A DNA stretch of 64,000 nucleotides from an uncultured virus (IMG/VR IMGVR_UViG_3300034283_002562) (Duplodnaviria > Heunggongvirae > Uroviricota > Caudoviricetes). Every line of letters starts with the position of its first letter. Positions within the stretch are counted from its first letter, which is position 1. Positions 1 to 10,479 of the stretch are shown piece after piece. Both the position numbers and the translations under genes were made by a program. Location: IMG/VR virus record IMGVR_UViG_3300034283_002562. One strand, 5' to 3'. The notes below the pieces were generated by a model that did not search any database, was not told the DNA's origin, and worked only from the letters and a program-made list of their open reading frames with translations.

Positions 1-459
1 CACTGGTGCTGCCAATGCTGCGAAATCTTTATCTTTTTTAGCAGATGTACCTTCCAATAATTTACTAGCTTGTGTAACTTTCAATGCTTTTACGGCAGCA
101 CGAGCTTCATTTAATTTTTGTTGGATGATTTGTTTTTCACTTTCAGTGTACATATCACTATTTTCTAGTTTTTTTCCGTACTCACTGAATTTCATTTCAT
201 ATTCTAAATAATGATATACTGATGCAATATAATCAGCAGCTTTGGTAATTTTAGCTTGGATCCATGCTTCTAATTGATCTTCATCATTAATTTTTTTAAA
301 TAATTTATAACTATAATTTGATAGTTTGAATAAGTCGGCTTTTGCCATTGCGCCTTCTCGATCAACCGTGCCATCTGGCAAAAGACCTGCTGAAGGTTCA
401 ACGGTAGCTGAATTTGCAGGTGGCGCAAATTCGTCTAATTGTTGGTTTTTGTTTGTCAT
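1..459 (-). CDS. hypothetical phage protein (runs off the window edge)
   Basis: Open frame from ATG at 459 (MTNKNQQLDEF...EAWIQAKITKAADYIASVYHYLEYEMKF...) with GGAG upstream; absent from the ORF track because it is truncated. Confidence 0.75.
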   Translation of the reverse strand, partial: MTNKNQQLDEFAPPANSATVEPSAGLLPDGTVDREGAMAKADLFKLSNYSYKLFKKINDEDQLEAWIQAKITKAADYIASVYHYLEYEMKFSEYGKKLENSDMYTESEKQIIQQKLNEARAAVKALKVTQASKLLEGTSAKKDKDFAALAAPV

Positions 460-482
460 GATAAACTCCATTTATCCTGTAT

Positions 483-683
483 TTATACTCTTTTTGCGAT
501 ACTTCCACCAGTTAGTAGATTATCATTTACATCCAATGCGTTTTTTACAGTACCGTCTTTGTTTTTTCGTTGTTTAGGTGGTGCATCTTGATAAACTGCA
601 CCAACATTGACATTAGCTGCCATAGTGCTGCCAGATGTTGCAGTTTCCTGCAACGGATGCCCTAATAATTCCGATATTTTCAT
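483..683 (-). CDS. hypothetical protein
   Basis: ORF in a tightly packed minus-strand run; MKISELL-type start. Confidence 0.7.
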   Translation of the reverse strand: MKISELLGHPLQETATSGSTMAANVNVGAVYQDAPPKQRKNKDGTVKNALDVNDNLLTGGSIAKRV

Positions 684-943
684 TGATTATTCCTTCCAAA
701 CCAGTGCTTGAACCATTCGCTAGTGCCTGATTGTATGTTTTGTTCCCGTGCTATTTGACCTTTATCACTGCCTGTGATTATAGGAAGTGATGAATGGTTA
801 TATCTTGCTAATGCTGCTTCACTACCAATTCCACCGAGTTGGCTTGTTTTCATTAATTCATGAATTGGGTCATCCGGTGATAGATAACAATCGTCATCAC
901 TTTTTGGAACAAAATCAGCAGATGTTATCCTATATTGCTTCAT
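680..943 (-). CDS. hypothetical protein
   Basis: 4-nt overlaps with both neighbours. Confidence 0.7.
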   Translation of the reverse strand: MKQYRITSADFVPKSDDDCYLSPDDPIHELMKTSQLGGIGSEAALARYNHSSLPIITGSDKGQIAREQNIQSGTSEWFKHWFGRNNQ

Positions 944-1851
944 ATACCATACCTGTTTCTTTTTGGTGTGGCTATAACACTTTTTTTGTTAACATCCGGT
1001 AGTTCGACTGATGTATCAGTCCCTTGTTTTTTGGGAGAAACTCCCATATTACGAGCAGCTGCATCAATAATATTACGATCTTCGTCTGAATATCCAATCG
1101 TGACAAAATTACCACCAACAGGACCACCTTTATCAATAGAATCGTGTGGCGCACCAGCTAATGCAATGCCATACCGATAAGCGGCATATGGGCTGTTATT
1201 ATTATCTAACTGATCCCATGTTTCAATGCCAGGAACTGCCAATTCAGTACCTTTTCTCAATCTACCTTCTTTCATCATAATATTAACCATGTCTTGCATA
1301 GCTTCTTCTAAATTGAATGCTGACAGATTTTTTTGAAGAGTACCGGGTCCTACATCCTGGGTTGAGTTTTGTTTATTTACTATTCCAACACCTGCACATT
1401 CTTCCATACCATCTTCTTCACGTACACGTTTTCTTGTACGTGAAGAATATCCACGTCCACGTTTGTGTAATTGATTCCATGGATTATCTACTTGATTTCT
1501 ACCAGCACGTTTCCCAACATTTTTCCTGGAAAACATTTTTAATTCTTCATCAGCTACCAAATCTGGCTCACCCGATTCTTTTTTTACTTTTTTACTTTTT
1601 TTTACTTTATTTGGTAGACCTTTGTGTTTTGTTTTTGCAAAATCTTTGACATCTTTCTTTTTCATTGATTTAGCAATTTTCGCAACTGTTGGACTAGCAG
1701 CTTTTTCGCCTTGTTGAGCCGCATGTACCATGCCCATTAATCTTTGTTGGGCTTTACTTTCTGCTTTTTCATCTAATCGTTCGCCATTATTTTTAAGAAT
1801 GTCATACAATCCTTCCAATAATGCTTTTGGATTTAAACTATTATCACTCAT
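940..1851 (-). CDS. hypothetical protein with DUF3008-like segment
   Basis: KAESKAQQRLMGMVHA...KDVKDFAKTKHKGLP motif. Confidence 0.6.
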   Translation of the reverse strand: MSDNSLNPKALLEGLYDILKNNGERLDEKAESKAQQRLMGMVHAAQQGEKAASPTVAKIAKSMKKKDVKDFAKTKHKGLPNKVKKSKKVKKESGEPDLVADEELKMFSRKNVGKRAGRNQVDNPWNQLHKRGRGYSSRTRKRVREEDGMEECAGVGIVNKQNSTQDVGPGTLQKNLSAFNLEEAMQDMVNIMMKEGRLRKGTELAVPGIETWDQLDNNNSPYAAYRYGIALAGAPHDSIDKGGPVGGNFVTIGYSDEDRNIIDAAARNMGVSPKKQGTDTSVELPDVNKKSVIATPKRNRYGI

Positions 1852-1865
1852 TTTGTTATCCTTAA

Positions 1866-2396
1866 CTATTCGATAAATTCTCCTACAATATCGAAGAATT
1901 TAAATACTCTATTATTTATTTCAATTTCAGTATCAGCTGATATTCCAGCTGCATCACTGAATAATTCTTTATCACCATTTTTCACTGCTTCTCTTAATGT
2001 TGAAGCAGAACTCAATCTAGGTGTAATATGTTGGGTAATATTAGCAAATTTAAAAAACCCATGCGAACTACTGATGCCATTGTACCTTGATAAAGAATTA
2101 ATTATCCAATCTTCATCAGTGCATATTTTTAATTCTATATGTTCCCCAAATTCTTGATATATTTTAACTACTAAAGAAAATATATTATGGGATGGCACGA
2201 CATGCTGCACTACATCTGGGTATAAAGCGGACATTGCTTTTAATTTGATATCAAATGGGAGTGGATCTTTTGGACCGCGAGTACTAGCATTTGTACCAAC
2301 ATAATAAGCATCACATTTAGCAGCAGTTTCCCAAACTTCTCGGTGCCCTTTATGAGGGGGATTAAACCTACCAAAACATACACCTACGGTAACCAT
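1866..2396 (-). CDS. cytidyltransferase-like (HxGH) nucleotidyltransferase
   Basis: FGRFNPPHKGH and SSASTLR motifs. Confidence 0.8.
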   Translation of the reverse strand: MVTVGVCFGRFNPPHKGHREVWETAAKCDAYYVGTNASTRGPKDPLPFDIKLKAMSALYPDVVQHVVPSHNIFSLVVKIYQEFGEHIELKICTDEDWIINSLSRYNGISSSHGFFKFANITQHITPRLSSASTLREAVKNGDKELFSDAAGISADTEIEINNRVFKFFDIVGEFIE

Positions 2397-3457
2397 CGGT
2401 GCCTCGGAACAAATTTTACATTCCCAAATTTTTTATCATCCGCATATCTAACCCATCCTTCGGAATTAGAAGTTTTTATATCACCTGAATTTTTTTCCAA
2501 TTGATCAATAATTGAATTTTTCAAATGCATTATGTATTTAACTGTTTTAAACATATTTTCTATTGCATCGGGGAATTCTTCAATACGTTTTATAATTTTT
2601 TGTTGTTGATTTTTACTTATATTGCTATTTTTCAGCCATATAGTAAAATCATCACCCAATGTATCTAGTTCTTTTTGTTTAGCTTTAAAATTAGTATATC
2701 GATAGAAATAATCTTTATATGAACTGACTTTATCAATCGGTGATATTAACTCATCTAAATCGTTTTTAGTAATGATTATATGATGTTCTAATTCAGATAC
2801 ATCAATTTTAATAGAAGTAGACGCATAATATGGATTTATCACTATCAATTGATCATTGCCCAGAAATGAAAAATCTGTCATTGGTATCTGACTATCATCG
2901 GTTAACCCAAACTGTGGGAAATACGCATGTAGAACAACCATACATTCGGAATTTTGTATTTTAATCCCTAGTTCTGAATCATCATCAATATGATAACCAG
3001 TTTTGCCATTAGGGTATAAATTAAAGAACCCGTTAGATGAAATAGGGCGTGTTTTATACAATGCGTCGCCATATACAAATCCAACAAACTCTCTTGGAGT
3101 AGCTTTATCAAATATTTCATATAGACTTGCAAATTCCGATGCAAAGAAAATACGGTTCACCGATTCATCAACTGTTAAATTATTTTTACCAGAATGTTTT
3201 GTGATGAATTCAAATAATTCACTACCAGAAGTTGATTTAATACCACGTGACCATCCATTGTGCCCAGTAAAAATCAATGGGCCGTCTTCTGTTTCTCGAC
3301 CCCAGTAGATTTGAAGTCCACCATCCCATTTCATACGCATAGACGATGCATCATCATTAATTTCTTTTAAATGTTGAAGTGCTTCAAGCGCACCATCAGA
3401 ACCATAAAAGAAAGTTAAATCTTCTAAATGGTTAAATGCCCTACCGTATTTTTTCAT
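2384..3457 (-). CDS. conserved phage protein (DUF6267-like; KWDG/EGWV ligase-type motifs)
   Basis: HLEDL, MKWDGG, EGWV and VKFVPR motifs; adjacent to the cytidyltransferase as in T4-like phages. Confidence 0.55.
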   Translation of the reverse strand: MKKYGRAFNHLEDLTFFYGSDGALEALQHLKEINDDASSMRMKWDGGLQIYWGRETEDGPLIFTGHNGWSRGIKSTSGSELFEFITKHSGKNNLTVDESVNRIFFASEFASLYEIFDKATPREFVGFVYGDALYKTRPISSNGFFNLYPNGKTGYHIDDDSELGIKIQNSECMVVLHAYFPQFGLTDDSQIPMTDFSFLGNDQLIVINPYYASTSIKIDVSELEHHIIITKNDLDELISPIDKVSSYKDYFYRYTNFKAKQKELDTLGDDFTIWLKNSNISKNQQQKIIKRIEEFPDAIENMFKTVKYIMHLKNSIIDQLEKNSGDIKTSNSEGWVRYADDKKFGNVKFVPRHRWLP

Positions 3458-4107
3458 TGAAAATAGTTATTTTTTATGTGTTGATATTTAATTGGGTCAT
3501 GTATGACTGCTACTAGCAGTCTTGAAGGTGATCGCATATCATGCACTGTGGCATGAGGGCCTATGATGATTTTGGCAATTTTATCTGGATCAATTTCAAT
3601 AATTTGATTTGTTTCACGATTGACTAATCCTTTATATGGACTAATCTTCAATGAAGTTGAAGTAAGGTTAGCTAAATCACACCAGATACTAACAACGTCT
3701 TTTCCTTTCATAGTTTCATTTTCATACACGTGATCATGTAGGTACATCATATTGTATGCATCATCAACTGTTGTTAAATCGACTTGGACTATTTCATCAT
3801 AAATTGGTATTCCGACAAATACTGATACCCCAGAACGGATTGATTCAAGTCCTTGGTTAATGAAATGTTCTTGTAATAATTTTCTGCTTTCAGAAATGTT
3901 TGGAACTGGGTATTGTGCTGGTAAAATTGATAGCAATTCTGCTGAATCAATGAAGAAATCAGCATCGCCGCTGATTTCTTTTTTTCCAATACTACCATAT
4001 GGATAAATGTTGAGCCCATATGGTAGTACGTTTTTTAGATTGGTGATTAAAGTTGAATAGTCTTCTTTTTTAATTGGTTTGGAATTTTTAATTGCGTTTC
4101 CGCTCAT
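3454..4107 (-). CDS. Pol-beta superfamily nucleotidyltransferase-like protein
   Basis: GSIGKKEISGDAD motif and downstream VQVDL. Confidence 0.55.
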   Translation of the reverse strand: MSGNAIKNSKPIKKEDYSTLITNLKNVLPYGLNIYPYGSIGKKEISGDADFFIDSAELLSILPAQYPVPNISESRKLLQEHFINQGLESIRSGVSVFVGIPIYDEIVQVDLTTVDDAYNMMYLHDHVYENETMKGKDVVSIWCDLANLTSTSLKISPYKGLVNRETNQIIEIDPDKIAKIIIGPHATVHDMRSPSRLLVAVIHDPIKYQHIKNNYFQ

Positions 4108-4478
4108 TTGTATTTGCCATCTTCAATATGTTTATGAACCTCCTCGTGGAATTTTTCACAAATTTCTTTCAATGTTTTATTATCCAAAGAATCTGGTAGT
4201 TCACGAATTGGGTATTCTTCTAAATACGAATTATAGCATTCCTTCACTGCATTTGCAAATGCAGACGGATTAATTTCCATGTTGTCTTTTTTTCCGTTAA
4301 CGCATTTTGCAATGACTGGATGTACATGTTTTCGATAGACATCATCGTCATTATTCATGTAAAAAATTAAATCATCGGCCAGATCAAAATCTAGTTCTTT
4401 CTCACCAGAATCATTTTTTGTTTTTACAAAATCTAAATCGTTAAAGTTTTTTCCTTCTAATAATTCTTTGATACGCAT
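4104..4478 (-). CDS. hypothetical protein
   Basis: ORF, overlapping gene packing. Confidence 0.7.
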   Translation of the reverse strand: MRIKELLEGKNFNDLDFVKTKNDSGEKELDFDLADDLIFYMNNDDDVYRKHVHPVIAKCVNGKKDNMEINPSAFANAVKECYNSYLEEYPIRELPDSLDNKTLKEICEKFHEEVHKHIEDGKYK

Positions 4479-4530
4479 AATAAAGCCCAGTTAATAATAT
4501 GTATTTATCGATTAACTGGGCTTTTAATTG

Positions 4531-6807
4531 TTAAACTACTATTTCTTCCACTGATAATAATTTAACATCTTCTTCAACAAACTCTACCTGTTTTTGTTTT
4601 TTAGGTAAAGCAGCCAGGTTGATTTTGTTATCTTTTAGTTTGATATCTAAAACACCACCATCTTTCAAGTCGCCAAACAACATCATTTTTGCAAGGTCGC
4701 GTTTGATTTCTTTATCAATCACTCGTTGCAATGGTCTAGCGCCCATTTTAGGATCAAACCCTTTATCAATAAGCCAATTAATTGCATCTTTACTGATTTT
4801 AATACGAACTGCTTTGTCTTTCACTTGTGCACGTAATTCGTCAATAAATTTATTGACAACTTTGGTCATTGTAGGTTTACCAAGTTTGTTGAAGGTAATA
4901 ATACCGTCTAATCTGTTACGGAACTCAGGAGTAAAGAATTTCTTCAAATCACCATCATTATATACTTTTTCTTGTGTTCCAAACCCGATAGCATTTTTTT
5001 CAGCAGCTTGTGCACCGGCATTAGTTGTCAAGATCAACACAACATTTCTGCAATCGGCTTTCTTACCATTAGACCCAGTAATAAATCCGTTATCCATAAT
5101 TTGCAACAATACAGTAGACACATCTGGATGTGATTTTTCAACTTCATCAAACAGTAATACTGCATTTGGGTTTTCTTGAATTTGAGTGATTAATAACCCA
5201 GCATTTTCTTCAAAACCAACATATCCTGGAGGAGAGCCAATCAATTTACTGATACTATGTTTCTCTTGATATTCCGACATATCAAACCGCAACAGTTTAG
5301 AGCCAAGATGTTTAGCCAATGCTTTCGCAGTTTCTGTTTTACCGCAACCAGTTGGACCCATGAATACAAACGAACCGATTGGTTTATTTTCAGGTTTTAA
5401 CCCTGCTTGAGCTACCATGATTTTGTCAACAACTTCGGTCAATGCTGCATCTTGTCCATACACTTCACTCTCTAATTTTTCTTGCAGTGACACAAGTGAT
5501 GAGCTTTCAGTTTCCATGATTTGCTCAACAGGCATATTAATCATTTTTGCCAGCTCAAATTGAATTTCTGGTAATGACACAACACGTTGATTAACATCAA
5601 CCAAATTAAAACGTGAACAAGCACAATCAATAAGATCAATTGCTTTGTCTGGGAGTTTTTTATCAGCTTGATATTTTACTGATAATTTAACTGCCGCTTG
5701 TAATGCATCGTCTTTGATTTTTACGCTATGATGTTTTTCATAGTATTTTTTGATACCTTTAAGAATTTTCAACGCCATTTCTTGTGATGGTTCATCCACG
5801 GTAATGCGTTGGAACCGTCTCATTAGCGCACGATCTTTCTCAAAATGTTTGCGGTATTCATCCCAAGTAGTTGATGCAATAACTTTGATGTTACCTTTGC
5901 TCAATGCCGGTTTCATCATGTTTGCCAAATCGTTCGCGGAATTATTACCAGCACCAGCGCCACTGATCATGTGTGCTTCATCAATAAATAGAACAGTATC
6001 ACCCTTATGTTCAAGCGCTGCCAAAACTTGTTTAAACCGGTCTTCGAAATCACCACGATATTTTGATCCAGCTAACATGGCTGAAATATCGAGATTGTAT
6101 ACTGTATACCCAGCTAAAAATTCTGGTGCATTACCGTTAACGATATTGTGTGCAAGACCTTCTGCAATAGCAGTTTTACCAACACCTGGGTCACCAACTA
6201 AAATTACATTATTTTTGCTACGTCTGCCGAGTGCTAGTGCAATGTTTTCAAGTTCGTCAGTACGACCAATAACTGGATCAATTTTGTTTTTTGTTACTTG
6301 ATCGTTTAAATTTGTAGTGAATGCTTTTAATGCTTTGGTCGCTTTTGGATTTTCTTCTTGACTATCTTCAGTTGCACTACCGGTAACTGACACAAATTCA
6401 GCAAATTTTTCTTTTGAAATACCAACATTAGAAGCGTAATAAAACGCCCATCCTCTGGATTCATTTAAAATTATTAAAAATGCATCGATTAATTCAACAT
6501 CTTGGCGGTTATTAAATAAAACCTGTGTGAATGTTTTATTTAACACACGTTCAAATGCTGCAGTTTTTCTAGGAGAAACCTTGCCAGACACGGTAATATC
6601 ACTGCATTTGTTTGACAAATGATTGTATAAATCTGCTTTCAAAATATCAGCATTCGCACCGAATTCGTTAATGATATTAACGAATTCTTTATTCAGCATC
6701 ATGCTATACATTAAATGTTCTACTGTCACATATTCGTGATTAAGCTTAACTGCTGTATCAGCGGCCACTGTGATAGCTTCTTCTAATTCTCTGCTTGGGG
6801 TTACCAT
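4531..6807 (-). CDS. clpA: ATP-dependent Clp protease ATP-binding subunit, ClpA-like
   Basis: Clp N domain (HEYVTVEHL); two Walker A motifs, GDPGVGKT and GPTGCGKT; IGSPPGYVG; no ClpB middle domain. Confidence 0.92.
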   Translation of the reverse strand: MVTPSRELEEAITVAADTAVKLNHEYVTVEHLMYSMMLNKEFVNIINEFGANADILKADLYNHLSNKCSDITVSGKVSPRKTAAFERVLNKTFTQVLFNNRQDVELIDAFLIILNESRGWAFYYASNVGISKEKFAEFVSVTGSATEDSQEENPKATKALKAFTTNLNDQVTKNKIDPVIGRTDELENIALALGRRSKNNVILVGDPGVGKTAIAEGLAHNIVNGNAPEFLAGYTVYNLDISAMLAGSKYRGDFEDRFKQVLAALEHKGDTVLFIDEAHMISGAGAGNNSANDLANMMKPALSKGNIKVIASTTWDEYRKHFEKDRALMRRFQRITVDEPSQEMALKILKGIKKYYEKHHSVKIKDDALQAAVKLSVKYQADKKLPDKAIDLIDCACSRFNLVDVNQRVVSLPEIQFELAKMINMPVEQIMETESSSLVSLQEKLESEVYGQDAALTEVVDKIMVAQAGLKPENKPIGSFVFMGPTGCGKTETAKALAKHLGSKLLRFDMSEYQEKHSISKLIGSPPGYVGFEENAGLLITQIQENPNAVLLFDEVEKSHPDVSTVLLQIMDNGFITGSNGKKADCRNVVLILTTNAGAQAAEKNAIGFGTQEKVYNDGDLKKFFTPEFRNRLDGIITFNKLGKPTMTKVVNKFIDELRAQVKDKAVRIKISKDAINWLIDKGFDPKMGARPLQRVIDKEIKRDLAKMMLFGDLKDGGVLDIKLKDNKINLAALPKKQKQVEFVEEDVKLLSVEEIVV

Positions 6808-6819
6808 ATATTAGGTTCC

Positions 6820-7674
6820 TTAAAGATTGTTGATTTCAATGTTAAGTTGAGTCAGTTTATTAATCAACTCAATGTTTTTTATACTTGGTGTTTTTATTTT
6901 AATAACCGAAACAAATCGGCCAGTACGTCCCGTATGAATATTCTTAAATCCTGCACCTTGTTTTGCATATTCAACCCCGGTTTCAACTCCTGCTCTTATA
7001 TCTAGCATCATTGAATCACCAGTGATTGAATTTACAGTTTTTTTACATCCTATCATAGCTTCAATAGGATTAATTTCCACCGTTGTGAATATATCATCTC
7101 CACGTCTTTCAAAATTTTCAGCAGAGGATACATAAATGGTAACATGCAAATCACCACGTGTCAAGCCTTGGATAGTATCATCACCTAATCCTGGGTACTT
7201 GATAGTAACTCCATTTTCTACACCGGCTGGAATATCGATAACTACATTTTGTGGCTTCCCACTAGGTAATGTAAATTTTGCTTCTAGTTTCTTACCTACA
7301 AACGAGTCAAGTAATGAAATATTACAATTAAGATTTAAATCCCTATTTCTACGTTGTTGACGTCGGCCAAACATGCCACTAAACGGGTCAAAACCAAATT
7401 GAGAACCAAAAATATCTTCAAATGAGGTTTCATACGAATTTTCATAAAATGGCCGTGATGAGCTTGATGATCCACCAAATTTACGTTGCATGTCATAATC
7501 ATGTTTTTTTGTCTCGTCGCCTAACGTGTCGTAGGCAACTGATATTTCTTTAAATTTTGATTCATCACCACCTTTATCTGGATGATGTTTATTTGCAAGC
7601 TTCTTATATGCTTTTTTGATTTCTTCTGAGGAGGCGTCATCTGAAACGCCCAATATTTGATAGTAGTCAGTCAT
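6820..7674 (-). CDS. DnaJ-class co-chaperone (CbpA-like, no Zn finger)
   Basis: J domain DYYQILGV...HHPDKGG; C-terminal GDLHV domain. Confidence 0.9.
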   Translation of the reverse strand: MTDYYQILGVSDDASSEEIKKAYKKLANKHHPDKGGDESKFKEISVAYDTLGDETKKHDYDMQRKFGGSSSSSRPFYENSYETSFEDIFGSQFGFDPFSGMFGRRQQRRNRDLNLNCNISLLDSFVGKKLEAKFTLPSGKPQNVVIDIPAGVENGVTIKYPGLGDDTIQGLTRGDLHVTIYVSSAENFERRGDDIFTTVEINPIEAMIGCKKTVNSITGDSMMLDIRAGVETGVEYAKQGAGFKNIHTGRTGRFVSVIKIKTPSIKNIELINKLTQLNIEINNL

Positions 7675-7743
7675 AGTAAAATCAGGTTAAGTGAAAAATA
7701 TGTTGTTATTATACTATTTACCACTTAACCTGTCAAGTTTTAC

Positions 7744-7935
7744 TTATTTTTTAGCATCTGGGACTTTAGTGCCTTCGTATTTTTTATGTTTTTTCTTTTC
7801 CGGTTTTTCAGTAGTTGATTCTGCAATTTTCTTTTCTTCAACTTTCTTTTCAACGGGTATGCACCAAATAGCGTCAGCTGCTAATGATGGAGTTACTATT
7901 GAAAACGATAATAATAATGATAATGCTAATTTCAT
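7744..7935 (-). CDS. small secreted hypothetical protein
   Basis: Signal-peptide-like N terminus. Confidence 0.55.
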   Translation of the reverse strand: MKLALSLLLSFSIVTPSLAADAIWCIPVEKKVEEKKIAESTTEKPEKKKHKKYEGTKVPDAKK

Positions 7936-7944
7936 ATTTCTTCC

Positions 7945-8424
7945 TTATAATATTGGATCTTCTGCAGGTGGCACCATTTTACCAAATTTACCATCTATAA
8001 CTGGTGCTGAAAAACTCGGCGTTGGGAATGACGAACTTGCTGGTTGGCTGAATTGTTGGATTGGTTGTTGCACTTGTTCTGTCGAACCTATCATTCCGCC
8101 TAGATTTGGCAATGATGGTATTGGCAGTGAGTCCACACCATTAATTTTTTCTTGTGTTCTTCCATGTGCAGTAATACCTAACACAACACCCATTGCGATA
8201 TGATATAGACCACCGCCTTGTAAAGTCAATGGTTGCCACATATCCAAATGTTGTCCTGGATTGTAAAATTGCAACAGATTATATAAAATTGGACCAATAA
8301 CGAAATCAAACAAGCACGTTAGCATGTACGTCATTGCCATCATTGGTCGCCAATTTTTACTCATAAAATCTTCACCTGATTGTTCAGCAGCAGTCATATT
8401 GTTATATTGTTTTTTTGACATCAT
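7945..8424 (-). CDS. putative holin (3TM-type membrane protein)
   Basis: NWRP motif, hydrophobic segments, GRTQEKING; lies in the lysis cassette. Confidence 0.6.
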   Translation of the reverse strand: MMSKKQYNNMTAAEQSGEDFMSKNWRPMMAMTYMLTCLFDFVIGPILYNLLQFYNPGQHLDMWQPLTLQGGGLYHIAMGVVLGITAHGRTQEKINGVDSLPIPSLPNLGGMIGSTEQVQQPIQQFSQPASSSFPTPSFSAPVIDGKFGKMVPPAEDPIL

Positions 8425-8430
8425 TACTCC

Positions 8431-8703
8431 TTAAATTTTGTCATATATTGTTTTTTGTGTTTTGTACCATTCCTGCCAATTATTCAACTTTTCACGAATT
8501 TCATAATAAGTTCCATAATTTTCATTAACATTTTCCAATAAATCACTTAAATCATGTTTATCAACGGCCAATGGTGTTAATAATGGAGCAGGTTCTAATA
8601 AAATATTTGGCACTTCTGGAAATTTAACCGTGACAGGGACAGCTGTGGAACATCCAGTTATTCCTAACAGTAAGATAATCGAATATCTATTCATTAGACC
8701 CAC
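8431..8703 (-). CDS. putative o-spanin (Rz1-like lipoprotein)
   Basis: Lipobox ITGC, Pro-rich; follows the i-spanin-like gene. Confidence 0.65.
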   Translation of the reverse strand: MGLMNRYSIILLLGITGCSTAVPVTVKFPEVPNILLEPAPLLTPLAVDKHDLSDLLENVNENYGTYYEIREKLNNWQEWYKTQKTIYDKI

Positions 8704-9133
8704 CTTTTACAGCATTGTTATAAACATCAATTGCAACAGATGGTATCTTGCAGTCAGCGTTTATAATTTCTTTTTCTTTTTGAATTTTTATTTGATTAAC
8801 AAACACTTTTTCTTTTACTATTTTAACTTTTTCAACTATTTTTTCTTGAATTACGATGTTTGCTTCACGTGATTTTATTTCAGCTATTGCAACTTTATCT
8901 TCAACTTCTTTTACACGAGTTCTCCATACTAGTTCAGTCGAATAACTACCTTCCAAGTAGATTCCAGAAAATAATAGCATAGTAGATATTACTTTAATTG
9001 GTATACGGTATTGAACTATACCAGGAATATAATTTAAGAAAAATCCTAACACTGTACCAGCAATTCCAAATATTAAAATGAGATGAACTATCATTTCTAA
9101 AAAACTATCTGGTAGAAAGTGTAGGATAATCAT
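8687..9133 (-). CDS. putative i-spanin (Rz-like)
   Basis: N-terminal TM helices, coiled coil, C-terminal Cys; follows the endolysin. Confidence 0.6.
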   Translation of the reverse strand: MIILHFLPDSFLEMIVHLILIFGIAGTVLGFFLNYIPGIVQYRIPIKVISTMLLFSGIYLEGSYSTELVWRTRVKEVEDKVAIAEIKSREANIVIQEKIVEKVKIVKEKVFVNQIKIQKEKEIINADCKIPSVAIDVYNNAVKGGSNE

Positions 9134-9760
9134 TTAACCCTTCAGTACTGACAATGCATGATTGTAATGTTTAACTCTATCGTTAAGTCCAATTGTACCA
9201 CCATTTATGCGTTTGGTCAGTGTTAACATATCACTTTTATCAGCCCATATATTCAAATTATTTGTTTCCCAGTACCAACATGCTGATTGAATCGCCCCTT
9301 CAAATGTGGACAAATATTCTGGAATTTCTTCAACTGGAGTTTCTATCGATTCAGCAAACTTAACATAGTTGTTTTTTCCAGTTAATTGAATTAATCCTCT
9401 TCCACAATATCTGAACCCATCGCCACTTGATTCTGGTCCATTGCCCATTCGACCGCCATACACTTTATTTGCAATGGCTTCCTGGTTATGTGCATATCGT
9501 GCAGCAATCGCATCGGTTGGGAAATATTTAGGAAATACTTTTCTGAGAGTAACCGCTCGATAGTTTAAATTCTCTTTAAGGAATTTGTAATTACCACTTT
9601 CATGTGCAGTTTGCGCCATAAATGCAGCTACTCTTGGTAAAGTATTGATATCATAATCTGGTAATATCATATTAAGTGCATCAAACCAATAATCAATGTA
9701 TGGATTACCAGGTAATATTTTAGCTAATTTTTCCTTTGTAAACTCAAATTCAAATGACAT
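9134..9760 (-). CDS. glycoside hydrolase family 19 endolysin
   Basis: AQTAHES, GRGLIQLTGKNNY and RINGG motifs. Confidence 0.9.
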   Translation of the reverse strand: MSFEFEFTKEKLAKILPGNPYIDYWFDALNMILPDYDINTLPRVAAFMAQTAHESGNYKFLKENLNYRAVTLRKVFPKYFPTDAIAARYAHNQEAIANKVYGGRMGNGPESSGDGFRYCGRGLIQLTGKNNYVKFAESIETPVEEIPEYLSTFEGAIQSACWYWETNNLNIWADKSDMLTLTKRINGGTIGLNDRVKHYNHALSVLKG

Positions 9761-10478
9761 TCCGTTCCTCCAACGCTACCGCCCATCCGTTATTTTCAAA
9801 AATAAATGTCTTACCAATTTTATTAATATTGTAATTGCCAATATACTTCGTATAAAACATAATTTCTGAAATATCCCTACTTTCAATCATTATAGGCCCA
9901 TTGATTGAACCATACACCTCATTTATTGTTCCACTTGCAGCAATATCAAATGTGACAGGTTGTACCCAGTCTTTAGAAAACGTTATACTTTCATTAATAA
10001 CTTTAATATTATTTACAGGACTAGTAGAGAAGAAATTTTCATAATTATCTTCTTGGTATCGTTTAGTTGCTGCTATATATGATTTTTTGTCAGTTGGCAC
10101 GACTGTTGCTAAATTGGCGTGTGTAGCGTCCAAACTTTTAAAACTTTTGAAGTATCTGAACCGCATATCTGGCATCCCAGTAAGTCGTTCTATACCATCC
10201 AATAATTCAAGAATTTGAGCAGGGGCGTGGCGTGATCGTTCTATTTCAACAAAAACTTTATATGTTCCATCATCAGTTTCACCTGGACTTACATCAGCAT
10301 CTAAAACAAAATCAAAACCCATCTCAATGAAATTTTCCATATCTTTGGCTGGATCTTCTCTATCCACAGTGAATGTCAATACGATAACGTTTTCATCATC
10401 CCCAATTTTGCTTTGGTATGAGTCAATTTCAAATACTTTTTTAACCAGGTCTTGAAGATCGTTTGCTCTTAAACTCAT
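9750..10478 (-). CDS. hypothetical phage protein
   Basis: ORF; likely start MSLRANDL at 10478. Confidence 0.7.
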   Translation of the reverse strand: MSLRANDLQDLVKKVFEIDSYQSKIGDDENVIVLTFTVDREDPAKDMENFIEMGFDFVLDADVSPGETDDGTYKVFVEIERSRHAPAQILELLDGIERLTGMPDMRFRYFKSFKSLDATHANLATVVPTDKKSYIAATKRYQEDNYENFFSTSPVNNIKVINESITFSKDWVQPVTFDIAASGTINEVYGSINGPIMIESRDISEIMFYTKYIGNYNINKIGKTFIFENNGWAVALEERNVI

Positions 10479-10479
10479 A

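Noticed and set aside
4619..6301. Plus-strand ORFs antisense to clpA (and similar shadows of lig, the Ro-like gene and groES)
   Set aside because: Antisense shadows of well-supported genes, with no motifs or SD.
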